Below are positions 1 through 9,552 of a stretch of 64,000 nt of DNA, piece after piece. Every line of letters starts with the position of its first letter. The first letter of the stretch is position 1. The DNA comes from an uncultured bacterium. GTDB lineage: Bacteria > Patescibacteriota > Minisyncoccia > Phycocordibacterales > PALSA-1337. Made by a program: the position numbers and the translations under genes. The notes beneath the pieces were generated by a model. That model searched no databases. It was not told the DNA's origin and saw only the letters and a list, made by a program, of their open reading frames with translations. The DNA lies in the NCBI GenBank assembly GCA_963848635.1, contig CAWKEA010000005.1:426810-490809 (forward strand). Reading direction: 5' to 3'.

Positions 1-195
1 CATGAAAGTAAATTTTATAAAAAGTCTGAGCTAAAAAATAAATACGCTACCAGTATACGCTTCTTTATAAAATATCAAACTTATGGAAAGCAGTTAAATA
101 TGTTGATAAGCTGTGGATTAATTATATATTGCACACCATCATGTAAAACATTTCAAGTTGAGTTTTTCTATGCTATGCTTTATAGTGTTTAACTC

Positions 196-330
196 ATGTC
201 ATTCACTTATAATCCAAAAAAGAGAAAGCGCGCAAGGTCGCATGGTTTTAGACAGCGCATCAAGACGAAATCAGGCAAGAATGTGATCAAACGCCGTCGG
301 GCGAAGGGCCGCAGTCGTATTACGGTATAA
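196..330 (+). CDS. rpmH: 50S ribosomal protein L34
   Basis: Not in ORF track (44 aa). Translation is [44 protein letters not shown], matching the conserved L34 pattern RSHGFR..RRAKGR..TV. It sits directly upstream of rnpA-yidC, the classical arrangement. Confidence 0.85.
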   Translation: MSFTYNPKKRKRARSHGFRQRIKTKSGKNVIKRRRAKGRSRITV

Positions 331-339
331 AGCCGAATC

Positions 340-675
340 ATGCTGTCAAAGCTCGACCGTCTTTCTGTAAAAGAATTCGATGTAGTCATAAAGACTGGCC
401 GAGAGGCCTATTCGCCTTTTTTCACTGTAAAGTACGCTCTTTCAAGCAAATTCAAGTTTTCACCGACGGCACCAAAAAGGACCTTCAAGACAGCGGTTTC
501 GAGGAACCGGACTCGGCGGAGGATATACGGTGCTGTCCGCAGAGTGATCGCCTCGAAACGACCAAAACCTAATCACGTCGTGCTCATCATAAAAAAAGAC
601 ATCAGCGGCATTACGAGCCAGTATTTAACCAATATGATCAATGATCTATTTGTGCAAGCCCGAATAATCGCATAA
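340..675 (+). CDS. rnpA: Ribonuclease P protein component
   Basis: 111 aa, basic protein immediately after rpmH and before yidC. Fits RnpA size and context. Confidence 0.8.
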   Translation: MLSKLDRLSVKEFDVVIKTGREAYSPFFTVKYALSSKFKFSPTAPKRTFKTAVSRNRTRRRIYGAVRRVIASKRPKPNHVVLIIKKDISGITSQYLTNMINDLFVQARIIA

Positions 676-686
676 TATAAACATAT

Positions 687-1427
687 ATGTTCTCATCGAT
701 AGTCTATTTGTATAATCTGATCATATATATACCGCTTTACAACGGCTTGATCTCTCTCATCAATATTTTTCCTTGGATGGATGCTGGCGTCGCTATCATC
801 GCCTTCACAATAATCATACGGCTCATTCTATTCCCTTTGGCCCGAAAGTCGATAAAGACACAGATCAGGATGCGAGAGATACAGCCGGAAATAGCGGCGC
901 TCCAAAAGAAATTTACGAACAAGCAAGAACAGATGCAGAAGACGATGGAGCTCTATAAAAAGCATAATGTCCGTCCATTAGCCGGCACACTCGTTTTGTT
1001 CATACAATTGCCGATCCTTCTCGGCCTTTATTATGTTTTCGCCAGATCCGGCTTACCTGTCGTTAATACAGGCATTCTGTATTCGTTTGTCCATAGCCCT
1101 GTCATAAACATGAATTTTCTTGGACTCCTCGATATATCGAAGACGAGCATAGCCATGGCTGTCATAGCGGCCTTGTCGCAATATGTCCAATTACGTTATT
1201 CTCTCGCTTCTCAAGCGTCAGCAACAGGCTCTGCAGACAATCCAGCGGCGGCTATGTCGCGTCAGATGAGGTATTTGATGCCCGTTATGATATTTATATT
1301 GGCTTTCCGTTTCCCTGCCGCTATATCCCTCTATTGGGCGATCGGAAATCTGTTCATGCTCGGACAGGAATTGTTTGTGAGATTTCACCACGAGAGAGGC
1401 AAGAGAAAAGCAATAGGTTTGGCGTAG
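687..1427 (+). CDS. yidC: Membrane protein insertase YidC/Oxa1 family
   Basis: 246 aa, multiple TM helices, conserved YidC-like core. Completes the rpmH-rnpA-yidC synteny. Confidence 0.8.
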   Translation: MFSSIVYLYNLIIYIPLYNGLISLINIFPWMDAGVAIIAFTIIIRLILFPLARKSIKTQIRMREIQPEIAALQKKFTNKQEQMQKTMELYKKHNVRPLAGTLVLFIQLPILLGLYYVFARSGLPVVNTGILYSFVHSPVINMNFLGLLDISKTSIAMAVIAALSQYVQLRYSLASQASATGSADNPAAAMSRQMRYLMPVMIFILAFRFPAAISLYWAIGNLFMLGQELFVRFHHERGKRKAIGLA

Positions 1428-1432
1428 GTTTT

Positions 1433-2737
1433 TTATTGATCAAGATCCACTGACCACAGCGATAAGTCGTTTTTATTTACGAAATAGAGGAATCTTTCAG
1501 AAGGGTCGAGCGCGAGCCACTCAGCATCGATGGAAGTCTTTGCGTCTTGCGACAGGTTCGATACGAGATGGACTGATCCAGTGTCGGTGTCTATCTCGAC
1601 TATTTGGTCGGTTGTCGGGTCTGTTCCTTTGTACCACGCATCCGGGTATGCGTTTGATAAGGTTGAGACGGGAACGGCACAGTAGAGATCGAGAGGATTT
1701 TGGCGGCTCCAAACGCATTTTTCAGCCAAGGTGACGAACGGCAAGTCCTGGCTCGAACTATCTTTGACAGTATAAAGCGACGTCACACTATTTCCTGAAG
1801 ACGAATTATCGGAATAAAGCACGAGCTGTCCTGTCTGGTTCGGTAAGACGGATAAGCCGGTAACACCGCCTAATATCTCGCTCATCCCGCCTGTTTTTAT
1901 ATTGACCGCGTAAAGATACCCATATGAGCTTCCAGAGGCCTTTGTTGACATCATGAGCGTGGTTGTGGATGGCCAGAAAGCGTTTACCTGGGTCAACGGC
2001 GTGCTAAAGATCTGGCTTGATCCTGATCCGTCAAAATTCGAGATAAAGCCGACGCCGTTGCCGTTTTCATTTTCGATGGTGAAAATCTGGTTGCCTTTTG
2101 GAGAAACAGCCGCGGATATAATGTTACCTGGGAAATACGTGCCCCGTAGGTCATATGGCGTTTGAGACAGGACTGGCGGGATAGGTATATTTGTCATTGC
2201 CGTACCCGAAGCGTTGGTGACATGTATCACTGTCGTCGTTGCGGTCGAATGTAGCTGAACATAGAAATTGGTTATATCATCACCACCCTCTTTTATATAT
2301 CTGAAGATCCCAGACATGGCATTCTTGTTCCAATAGCTAGAATAGACAAGAGGCACTGTCGTATTCGATATATTGATGGGCGTAGCTGACGCCATATTCA
2401 TGTCGTAGATATAGCCTGTGCCGCGATCTACAAACCTGACGAATGTGCTTGAAGCTGTCGTGGATGCGACGAATCCTCCGATCGGTGTCGGCCACAGCTC
2501 TCTGACTTTCGGGTACTGATATGTTTGTCCGTTTTGAGTCGAAACATTCGGTGTATTGTTTCCAGGTTTCTGAGCATTACTCGATCCACCTGAACCGAAC
2601 GGGCTGAAAGGATTTTGTGCCGCGACAGAATTACCTGGCGGTGCTGGTTTATTCAGATAGAAAAAGAAATAGGCAAAAGCGCCGAGTACCGCCAGGATGA
2701 TGATTGTTATGATGGTGTATGAAAGTTTGCGTGACAT
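1433..2737 (-). CDS. Hypothetical membrane-anchored secreted protein, S/T/N/G-rich, possible beta-rich fold
   Basis: 434 aa with an N-terminal TM anchor (IITIIILAVLGAFAYFFFYL). First gene after (distal to) the T4SS-like block on the same strand. Confidence 0.5.
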   Translation of the reverse strand: MSRKLSYTIITIIILAVLGAFAYFFFYLNKPAPPGNSVAAQNPFSPFGSGGSSNAQKPGNNTPNVSTQNGQTYQYPKVRELWPTPIGGFVASTTASSTFVRFVDRGTGYIYDMNMASATPINISNTTVPLVYSSYWNKNAMSGIFRYIKEGGDDITNFYVQLHSTATTTVIHVTNASGTAMTNIPIPPVLSQTPYDLRGTYFPGNIISAAVSPKGNQIFTIENENGNGVGFISNFDGSGSSQIFSTPLTQVNAFWPSTTTLMMSTKASGSSYGYLYAVNIKTGGMSEILGGVTGLSVLPNQTGQLVLYSDNSSSGNSVTSLYTVKDSSSQDLPFVTLAEKCVWSRQNPLDLYCAVPVSTLSNAYPDAWYKGTDPTTDQIVEIDTDTGSVHLVSNLSQDAKTSIDAEWLALDPSERFLYFVNKNDLSLWSVDLDQ

Positions 2738-2745
2738 AATTAGGA

Positions 2746-3615
2746 TTAATTATTTTGAGGGGCGCTGTAAAGTTTGAATGGTGCGGCCGGTGCGCTCGGG
2801 CTCTGTGAGTTCGTCGTCGCTGGAGCCGCGGAAGTGCTTGGGGCCATTGGTTGGGGCGAAGAGGCTTGGTATACGGTATTGACTGGCGCAGATTGTGGCG
2901 CTGTATTTATCAACTGGGAATTATTGCTGTTCATTACGCTTTGCACAGTTACCGGCGTTGCTGATGTGTTCGTCAAACTTCCGTATGTTATGGGAGGTAT
3001 CGTCAAATTATTCTGCGAGACGATATTTGGATCAATAGTATACAAGACAAGATAGGCCACGAGGGCCAGCAACAGCCCTAAAATAGCATCCTGTATCTTT
3101 TTTACGGCGTCCCCTTTTGTGTTTGCGGCGCCGCTCAACATATATTCGAATCCACCGACGGTTATCATAAATACAGCCAGAACGACTGCGAGAGCCAGCA
3201 TGAATTTGTAAGCATATGAGATGAATTGTGAGAGAGTGATGCTAGTGATGGCTGGATTACCGCTACTATCAGTGCTACACGTGAGACCTGATCCAGCTAT
3301 GCATGGCAATGGCGACAAGAGCGTGTAGGGGACTTGCGTCCCATCGCTACCGTTCGATGAGGTTTGATTCGCATTTGTGTTGTTTGATGAGCCTATGCTT
3401 TGCTGGGCGGTTTGGATCTGATTCTGTAGCGCAGTACAGGAAGGTATTTGTATTGTTTGTCCATTGCTATTCACGCAATTGCTCTGATAATTCTGCTGGA
3501 CTTGATTTATATCAGAAGCGCTAGATTGCGCATATGCCGAGATGCCTCCAAAAAACATCAATGAAAAAATGAAAGCTACGCCTACGAATGATGTTTTTTT
3601 AAATTGAGATCGCAT
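2746..3615 (-). CDS. TrbC/VirB2-like pilin-family membrane protein, unusually long with Q/N/S/T-rich extensions
   Basis: N-terminal signal/TM, then two adjacent hydrophobic helices separated by a short charged loop (FMLALAVVLAVFMITVGGFEYMLSGAANTKGDAVKKIQDAILGLLLALVAYLVLYTI), typical of T4SS pilin topology. Start chosen at internal Met (MRSQFKK) to avoid a 120-nt overlap with the upstream gene. Confidence 0.4.
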   Translation of the reverse strand: MRSQFKKTSFVGVAFIFSLMFFGGISAYAQSSASDINQVQQNYQSNCVNSNGQTIQIPSCTALQNQIQTAQQSIGSSNNTNANQTSSNGSDGTQVPYTLLSPLPCIAGSGLTCSTDSSGNPAITSITLSQFISYAYKFMLALAVVLAVFMITVGGFEYMLSGAANTKGDAVKKIQDAILGLLLALVAYLVLYTIDPNIVSQNNLTIPPITYGSLTNTSATPVTVQSVMNSNNSQLINTAPQSAPVNTVYQASSPQPMAPSTSAAPATTNSQSPSAPAAPFKLYSAPQNN

Positions 3616-4696
3616 TTTTATTCTTATTTGCGGTGAACATGACGTCGATAGCGTTCGTCGCTCCTTGCAGGATCTCTTCGGCATTCTGGAGCTGTAATTG
3701 TACTGGATAACTGGCATCATTTGAAGTGTCTTGGATGCGCAATGTCACGCTTCTGTTGTTGGTCAGCGCTGTTTGTACTGACCCGTTTATGGTCCAGCTG
3801 TATTGGAGATTATTTTTTAACAAGTTCGGCATGGTGAATGAAAATGGCGCCGCGAGCAATGTTATTTCTTGGTTAGAAAAGTTCGTCTGCGCGCCGAGTG
3901 CGAGGTTATAAAGGACTCCATACAGCGGGTCGTCTTTGTAGAATATGACAGTGGGACTTCCCGCCTGCAGAGTCAGAGCCCCAGATGCAGTCTCAGATCC
4001 ATCGCGTGTCGAGACGTCGACATATATGGTCGTTGGCCGAGGAATGAGACTGCCGGTTATGGTGACAGATTGCTTTCCATAGCCGCTTTTGCTTTGTAGG
4101 ACAGTGGAATCCTGCTTCCAGTTATAAACTAGAGTGCTTGGATCTATCTCCTTGCCGGAACTATCAGCTAGATGCGGCATGGCGACTACTTTTACCGTGT
4201 TCTCATATGCAAAATCCTGCTTGCCTTGGTATAACGGCGGGGCGTACCCTTGGCTTTCCCATATCATGTCAACCGAACCGCTTTTTATGGTCACTGATTT
4301 CTGTAGTTGCTTGCCGTCTTCTGTTTGTATGAGTATCTCCACATCGCTTTCCTTGCCTAAAACAGGTGCGGTAACTGCCACGGTATTCTCGCCGATACCC
4401 TCAGTGACTTTCTTGCCGTCTACGACCCAAGTTATATAAGCCGAAGAGATATCTGATAGGTAGTCTTGTATCGTTATTGTAACATTCTCTCCTGGTGTCG
4501 GATTCTGCGGGCTCACTGCTATATCAATACCGTCGATAGACGCCGGTACTTGGGCGTAGGCGATTGAAGACCGGGTGTTTAATCCCGAAAAAATAAACGC
4601 AAAAGATATGACCAAAATGCCTGTAAAAATAGCGCGAGATCTCGGAGAGAGAATCAAATCCTTAAGGAAATCTATTTTCAAAAAAGGTCGAACCAT
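3599..4696 (-). CDS. Hypothetical secreted protein with repeated Ig-like beta-rich segments
   Basis: 365 aa with N-terminal TM/signal (FTGILVISFAFIFSGL). In the T4SS-like block. Confidence 0.5.
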   Translation of the reverse strand: MVRPFLKIDFLKDLILSPRSRAIFTGILVISFAFIFSGLNTRSSIAYAQVPASIDGIDIAVSPQNPTPGENVTITIQDYLSDISSAYITWVVDGKKVTEGIGENTVAVTAPVLGKESDVEILIQTEDGKQLQKSVTIKSGSVDMIWESQGYAPPLYQGKQDFAYENTVKVVAMPHLADSSGKEIDPSTLVYNWKQDSTVLQSKSGYGKQSVTITGSLIPRPTTIYVDVSTRDGSETASGALTLQAGSPTVIFYKDDPLYGVLYNLALGAQTNFSNQEITLLAAPFSFTMPNLLKNNLQYSWTINGSVQTALTNNRSVTLRIQDTSNDASYPVQLQLQNAEEILQGATNAIDVMFTANKNKNAISI

Positions 4697-4767
4697 GGCT
4701 TTATTCTATCATGTCAAGATGACATCTCGTACAAGACTTCTCCACAAGTACAAGGAAAGCCCTTGTA

Positions 4768-5223
4768 CTAAATCCCGCCACTCGGTAGTCTCTTACCTCC
4801 TTGGTTCAAGGGTTTTTTGATGGCTGTGGGCTTGCGTGTTGCTTGTCCGTTAACCATTCGATTGAGTGGTTGGCCGTCTTCTTGTGATTCAGCCATAGAT
4901 GCTTGTTGGAGCGACCATTCATCGGCTACGGTCTTATGAATATACCAAGCATCAATGATCCAAGCCGGCGCCACATCAACCGACAGTTGTTCGGCCAAAT
5001 CGCTTGCGATCAGTGAAATCAGGCGGCCCGGACGTTGTATCATGGACACCCCGCGAAGTTGGAAATATAAACCCAAAATGATACCGATACATGGATCACC
5101 AATCTCATTTATAGCTTCTCCATAACCCGGTATAAGATCAATACCCCACTGTGCAAGATCAGTTAAACCTGTCAAAATAAATACCATTTTCCATTCAAAA
5201 TCTCCTGGATCTTTTAAGGCCAT
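4768..5223 (-). CDS. Hypothetical protein
   Basis: 151 aa ORF directly downstream of the VirB4-like ATPase on the same strand. A hairpin (tacaagg..ccttgta) lies in the gap to the next gene. Confidence 0.4.
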   Translation of the reverse strand: MALKDPGDFEWKMVFILTGLTDLAQWGIDLIPGYGEAINEIGDPCIGIILGLYFQLRGVSMIQRPGRLISLIASDLAEQLSVDVAPAWIIDAWYIHKTVADEWSLQQASMAESQEDGQPLNRMVNGQATRKPTAIKKPLNQGGKRLPSGGI

Positions 5224-5237
5224 TGTAGTTAAGATTT

Positions 5238-7052
5238 CTACTGCGCCGCCAACGCCTCCTTCTTTGCCTCCTTTATCGCCGCCAGCTGGGCAGGATTGCT
5301 CGTGATGATCTGATCTTCCGTATATGAGGCCACGACCTTTATAGCGACATGCTTCAGACCGACAAAGAAGATCCCTTCTCCGACATCGGATTCGAGCAAA
5401 AGATATTTTTCCTCATCCGTCAGGTTGAAGACCTGTTGGATCTTGTCCATGGAGGTAGGCGACTGTTTCAAAAGTATCTGGATAGACGAGTTTGTCAGGA
5501 TCGGCATGCCGTACGGCGATTTTAAAAAGTCGTCGACATCCTGAGTTATGGTGGCGAGCCCCAGGAAATATTTGCGGCCGCGCTTTGCGATTGAAAGCAA
5601 AAATGAGGCAGTATCGTCGCTTTTCATCATCCACCAAGCCTCATCGACGATCATAAGGCGCTTCTTTATCTCCTTTCTGACCGCATTCCATATATGATGA
5701 GTGACGATGTACATAGCGACCGGTTTCAGCTCGTCTTCCATATCGCGCACTGAAAAGACCACGAATTTATGGTTGATGTCGACGTTCGTCGGATGGTTGA
5801 GAAAACCTGACCAGGTTCCTTTTGTGAATTTTGTCAGGCGCTCGACGAGCGATTCGGCTCCATCCATGCCGCTCAAGACAAGCTCGAAATCTGACAGGAG
5901 AGGAGGCGTGACATTGGCGAAATCCGAATCGGCTGTGATGTCTTTGAGGGCGTACGTTTCCGTTATGGCGCGGTCTATGATGGCGTCTTCTTCTGGCGTC
6001 AAGCCTCCGAGCATGACACGGAAAAGGCCGACGAGATTGATGATGTTCGATCGCAGGATATCAGCGCCGCTCTCGTCTTCGCGTGCGATCGGCAGGTCGA
6101 ACGGGTTGATATGATGCTCGGAATTGAGGGATATATTAAAGTATTTACCGCCTGTGACCTCTGCCATGTGCTCGTATTCCCTCTCTGGATCGATGATGAT
6201 GACTTCGGTGTCAAACATAAGGGTGCGCAATATCTCGAGCTTCGTGCAGTAGGATTTGCCAGCGCCGGATTTTGCGAACGTCACTGAATTGTAGTTTTCC
6301 AAAAGATACCGATCAAAGAGGACGAGGGACGAATTATGCCTGTTTATCCCGTACAGGATGCCTTTGTCGGAGGTGAGGTCGAACGATACGAACGGAAAGA
6401 TCGATGAGAGCGGCGACGAATTCATCTTTGAATTGATATTGAGCTCGTCGTTGCCGATCGGCAGGACGCTTCGATAGCCGCTTTCCTGCTGGAACAGGGC
6501 AGGTTTGAGGTAGACGAGCTTTGCTTCGAGGATGGACTTGATCTCGCTCTCGAGCTTGTCCAATTCGTTCTCATTGTCGGCAAAGATAGTTATATATACC
6601 CCGACATCGAATATCTTTTCCTGCGCTTGCATCAATGTATCGCGCAGGCTCTCGAGGTCTTGGTATGCGGTGTCGAGCGCCGGGTCGCGCACGAGCCCGC
6701 GGTCTTCGCGGCGGGAGATCTGGCTTTGCACTTCAGCTACTTTTTTCTGGAATTTGCGCAATATCTTTGATGTGTCGACCGGATGGATGAAGATCGATAT
6801 GTTGAATACTTTGTCGAGGTTGATTATGGGAGCGAACCAGCTGTCGGTCAGAAAGCGCGGATATGATATGACGAAAAAGGTTCTTGCTAGTTTTTCTCCT
6901 AGATTCAGCTCCTTCGGCCCTATTTTCAAGGCTGAAGGGGCGATGATGTCTTTCAGTTCCAAAACTCCCTCTTGATAGATATCTTGGGGCAAGAAGGAAA
7001 CGATCGGCTGTTCCTTGTCTTTTTTGTTGAATAGTTTTGAGAATATAGACAT
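5238..7052 (-). CDS. VirB4/TrbE/CagE-family type IV secretion ATPase (Gram-positive-like, TcpF/PrgJ-type)
   Basis: 604 aa. Walker A motif FAKSGAGKSY, followed by DEAWWMMK (Walker B-like) and C-terminal motifs typical of VirB4/AAA_10 ATPases. Confidence 0.7.
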   Translation of the reverse strand: MSIFSKLFNKKDKEQPIVSFLPQDIYQEGVLELKDIIAPSALKIGPKELNLGEKLARTFFVISYPRFLTDSWFAPIINLDKVFNISIFIHPVDTSKILRKFQKKVAEVQSQISRREDRGLVRDPALDTAYQDLESLRDTLMQAQEKIFDVGVYITIFADNENELDKLESEIKSILEAKLVYLKPALFQQESGYRSVLPIGNDELNINSKMNSSPLSSIFPFVSFDLTSDKGILYGINRHNSSLVLFDRYLLENYNSVTFAKSGAGKSYCTKLEILRTLMFDTEVIIIDPEREYEHMAEVTGGKYFNISLNSEHHINPFDLPIAREDESGADILRSNIINLVGLFRVMLGGLTPEEDAIIDRAITETYALKDITADSDFANVTPPLLSDFELVLSGMDGAESLVERLTKFTKGTWSGFLNHPTNVDINHKFVVFSVRDMEDELKPVAMYIVTHHIWNAVRKEIKKRLMIVDEAWWMMKSDDTASFLLSIAKRGRKYFLGLATITQDVDDFLKSPYGMPILTNSSIQILLKQSPTSMDKIQQVFNLTDEEKYLLLESDVGEGIFFVGLKHVAIKVVASYTEDQIITSNPAQLAAIKEAKKEALAAQ

Positions 7053-7060
7053 AGTGATTT

Positions 7061-7156
7061 AGTCAAAAGTCGAAAGTACCGAGTCACAAATCAATGTAAA
7101 TAGTCTTAGTTGTAAAGACTTTCGACTCGGGACTTTATGATTTTTGACTTTATGGG
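7061..7156. repeat. Dispersed palindromic intergenic repeat, copy A
   Basis: agtcaaaagtcgaaagtaccgagtcac...actttcgactcgggactttatga...gactttatgg with internal inverted repeat agtcgaaagt/actttcgact. Homologous to copies at 22393 and 36837 (reverse orientation). Confidence 0.5.
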
Positions 7157-7159
7157 CTA

Positions 7160-7789
7160 TCATGTTAGTTGCATCGGCTTTTCTGTGTCGCCTGGATTGA
7201 AGATCTTGTAGAACAATTCTATCACTTCTTCCGTGCCCAATTCAGCCACGCGCACGCCGCAACGCACGAGGCCTTGTTCAACCACGCCGACTCTCTGTTC
7301 AAGCTGGCTTCGGTATTCTTCAAAGCTTTCGTTGGCTGTCGGTGCCGTTTTTTTTCCGCCTGGGAAAAAGCGCGACGCAGGATTGTTGTTTTTTCCGATC
7401 ATCGGCGCGGCATACGGCACGACGATGAAGAATGTCTTTGTCATGATATTTGAATTTTCCACGAATGTCTTTATGAAATCTATATATTCTTGGACCTGTA
7501 TCTTCATGAGCTCGATGGTCTGGTTTTTGTATTGCTCTTCAAGAAGGGCTATGTAAGGCCTTATATCGAGCTTCTTCGATTGAATGAATATCTGAAGGTC
7601 AAAATCGAGCGAATTCAAAAAATTCTGGAATTGGAACATGATCGAGTTCTGTTCGTCCGCAGATTTTAAGGCAAAATTGACCGATGAAGCCATGACAAGA
7701 GCGCGAAATGATCCGTCGTTCAAAATAGCCACTCCGTCGCGGACTTCTTTTATAGGCACAAAATTTTGTGATTCTTTTGGAGTAGGCAT
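7160..7789 (-). CDS. Hypothetical cytoplasmic protein, T4SS-associated
   Basis: ORF 7160..7849. Start moved to internal Met (MPTPKE) so that it abuts the stop of the upstream gene. Located between the VirB3-like and VirB4-like genes. Confidence 0.4.
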   Translation of the reverse strand: MPTPKESQNFVPIKEVRDGVAILNDGSFRALVMASSVNFALKSADEQNSIMFQFQNFLNSLDFDLQIFIQSKKLDIRPYIALLEEQYKNQTIELMKIQVQEYIDFIKTFVENSNIMTKTFFIVVPYAAPMIGKNNNPASRFFPGGKKTAPTANESFEEYRSQLEQRVGVVEQGLVRCGVRVAELGTEEVIELFYKIFNPGDTEKPMQLT

Positions 7790-7791
7790 GG

Positions 7792-8268
7792 CTATTGTTT
7801 GCGCGTCACTTCCCCGCTGTTGATTCTTTCCTGTATATCCAGATTCCACGCCAAGTCCTTCAATTTGCTTTGTGATACCTTCTGTATCATCACTCCCGCG
7901 TATTTTTCGGCTCCGGGACCTGTCGTTCCATTCCCTCTGCTGTTCTGTTGGGCTGTCAGCGCCTCTGCCGCGGCTTGTTTTTTCTTCTCATCTTTTTTCC
8001 ACAGATAAAGCTTTGATCCGACGCTGTATCTGAAAGCCGATTCGAGCACATTGATGAATGGACGGTTGTTGATCCGATAGAAAGCAAGGGCGCCTGAAAG
8101 AGCCAAAACGATTAGTATCGGTATCGCTGAAAAAATGAGCGAGGGAATCAAACGGTAGATCAGATATGAGAGCGCTACGCCCCCAACCATGTATATGAAC
8201 TGTTTGAAGGTAAAAGGCCCGAAAATCTTGTCCTCGACGTCTATGAATTGAGGAACCTGGTATTGCAT
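7792..8268 (-). CDS. PrgI/VirB3-like small membrane protein
   Basis: 158 aa with two adjacent TM helices near the N-terminus (FIYMVGGVALSYLIYRLIPSLIFSAIPILIVLALSGALAFY). Immediately upstream of the VirB4-like gene region, as in Gram-positive conjugation systems. Confidence 0.45.
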   Translation of the reverse strand: MQYQVPQFIDVEDKIFGPFTFKQFIYMVGGVALSYLIYRLIPSLIFSAIPILIVLALSGALAFYRINNRPFINVLESAFRYSVGSKLYLWKKDEKKKQAAAEALTAQQNSRGNGTTGPGAEKYAGVMIQKVSQSKLKDLAWNLDIQERINSGEVTRKQ

Positions 8269-8316
8269 GCGTATAGTATATCGTGCCTATCGCGATGGCG
8301 CCACGAATAATCAGGA

Positions 8317-8643
8317 TCACAGGCTGTCTCCATGGAACAATATGATGCTTCCTTTTCCATACACTAATGGCCCTAGAGTGCAGACTGCTATTCCTCCAGA
8401 CATGCCGAGTATATATTGTCCAGGATGAGGCACGACATGCATCAAAAATGGCAATTCGCCGTAATTCCACATGAGCTGTGTCACTCCGAAAGGCTCTTTT
8501 ACCGTCAGGAGCAAGCCGTTGTTACAGGGCTGAGTCACTGTGATCTGCCCGCCAAAAGGGCCGCCCAAACCTGCCGCGGAAGCAAAAAGAGGCACTGATA
8601 TGGCTGCTAATGCGACGAGGCTGGCTAGCGATTTTCTGTGCAT
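8317..8643 (-). CDS. Small secreted Cys-containing hypothetical protein
   Basis: Signal-peptide-like MHRKSLASLVALAAISVPLFASAAG. Start placed at internal Met. Confidence 0.35.
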   Translation of the reverse strand: MHRKSLASLVALAAISVPLFASAAGLGGPFGGQITVTQPCNNGLLLTVKEPFGVTQLMWNYGELPFLMHVVPHPGQYILGMSGGIAVCTLGPLVYGKGSIILFHGDSL

Positions 8644-8677
8644 GAATAGAGTATACATCACGTGAAGAATTATTTTA

Positions 8678-9550
8678 TTATTGTATAGGCTCACGATAAG
8701 GGTCAGTTCCATCGTATGGCTTTGCTTTGTCCTGTTTCGGGGCCTCTTGATCCATTGACATAGCTACGCCTTTCGAGAGCAATGTGTCGACGATGCTGTC
8801 TTGCCCTTGGGTGGGTATTTTTTCCGCGCTCTCTACAGTAGTTTGTGGAACGGTCTCTGCGACTATTTTTTCATTAGTCGTTTCGACTGGCGTTTCGCCC
8901 GTTGGTTCAGGCGTATCCCCCAAAAGAAGCTCCGTTGGCATGGAAGATTCGATTTTGGCGGCAGTTACCGGAGCGCTCTCTCTTTTTATGACACTCGCAA
9001 TGTCTTTTTTTGGTCCAAGCCTTTCTATGATCGAATTTCTCACCATTCTTTCAGCTTCGAACGGCGCCTCTTCCTGCTTGTCTATGACGAACCCGCCAGC
9101 TTTTTCAACGGCGCTGATGACTGAATTCTTTTGGATCTTCTCAGCATCCGTAGACATCGTTTTTTCGCTCAATTCTGGCTGTGGTTTCTTTGTGGCACCA
9201 TCCCCACTTGTTTCATACTCATTTACATTTCGTCCGGCCTCGATGTTTTTCAAAGATTCGCGCAGTTTATCGAAGACTCCCTTGTTGATATCTTGGGCGA
9301 TAAGCATGGCTTCCCCCATATCTACTTGCATTCTTCTTGCAAGATTATTCACGAATCTTGCAGATGGTGTCAGGCCTACCATAACCAATCCGACTTCATC
9401 GACGAGCTCGCTTATCTGGTCGTACATCAGATCATATTTTTGACCGATATCGACGACAGCATTGGTCGTGTCCACTGAATCTATCGCCTGCCTTATATCA
9501 ATAGGCAATGTGTCGTACCGTTCTTTGATTTGTTCTGGTGTATAAGGCAT
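8678..9550 (-). CDS. Hypothetical acidic low-complexity protein
   Basis: 290 aa, E/T/P-rich C-terminal half. In the T4SS-like block. Confidence 0.4.
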   Translation of the reverse strand: MPYTPEQIKERYDTLPIDIRQAIDSVDTTNAVVDIGQKYDLMYDQISELVDEVGLVMVGLTPSARFVNNLARRMQVDMGEAMLIAQDINKGVFDKLRESLKNIEAGRNVNEYETSGDGATKKPQPELSEKTMSTDAEKIQKNSVISAVEKAGGFVIDKQEEAPFEAERMVRNSIIERLGPKKDIASVIKRESAPVTAAKIESSMPTELLLGDTPEPTGETPVETTNEKIVAETVPQTTVESAEKIPTQGQDSIVDTLLSKGVAMSMDQEAPKQDKAKPYDGTDPYREPIQ

Positions 9551-9552
9551 GG

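Noticed and set aside
8784-9443. 219-aa plus-strand ORF rich in Ser/Val
   Set aside because: Antisense to the 8678..9550 gene in a strictly minus-strand operon-like block. Low-complexity composition.
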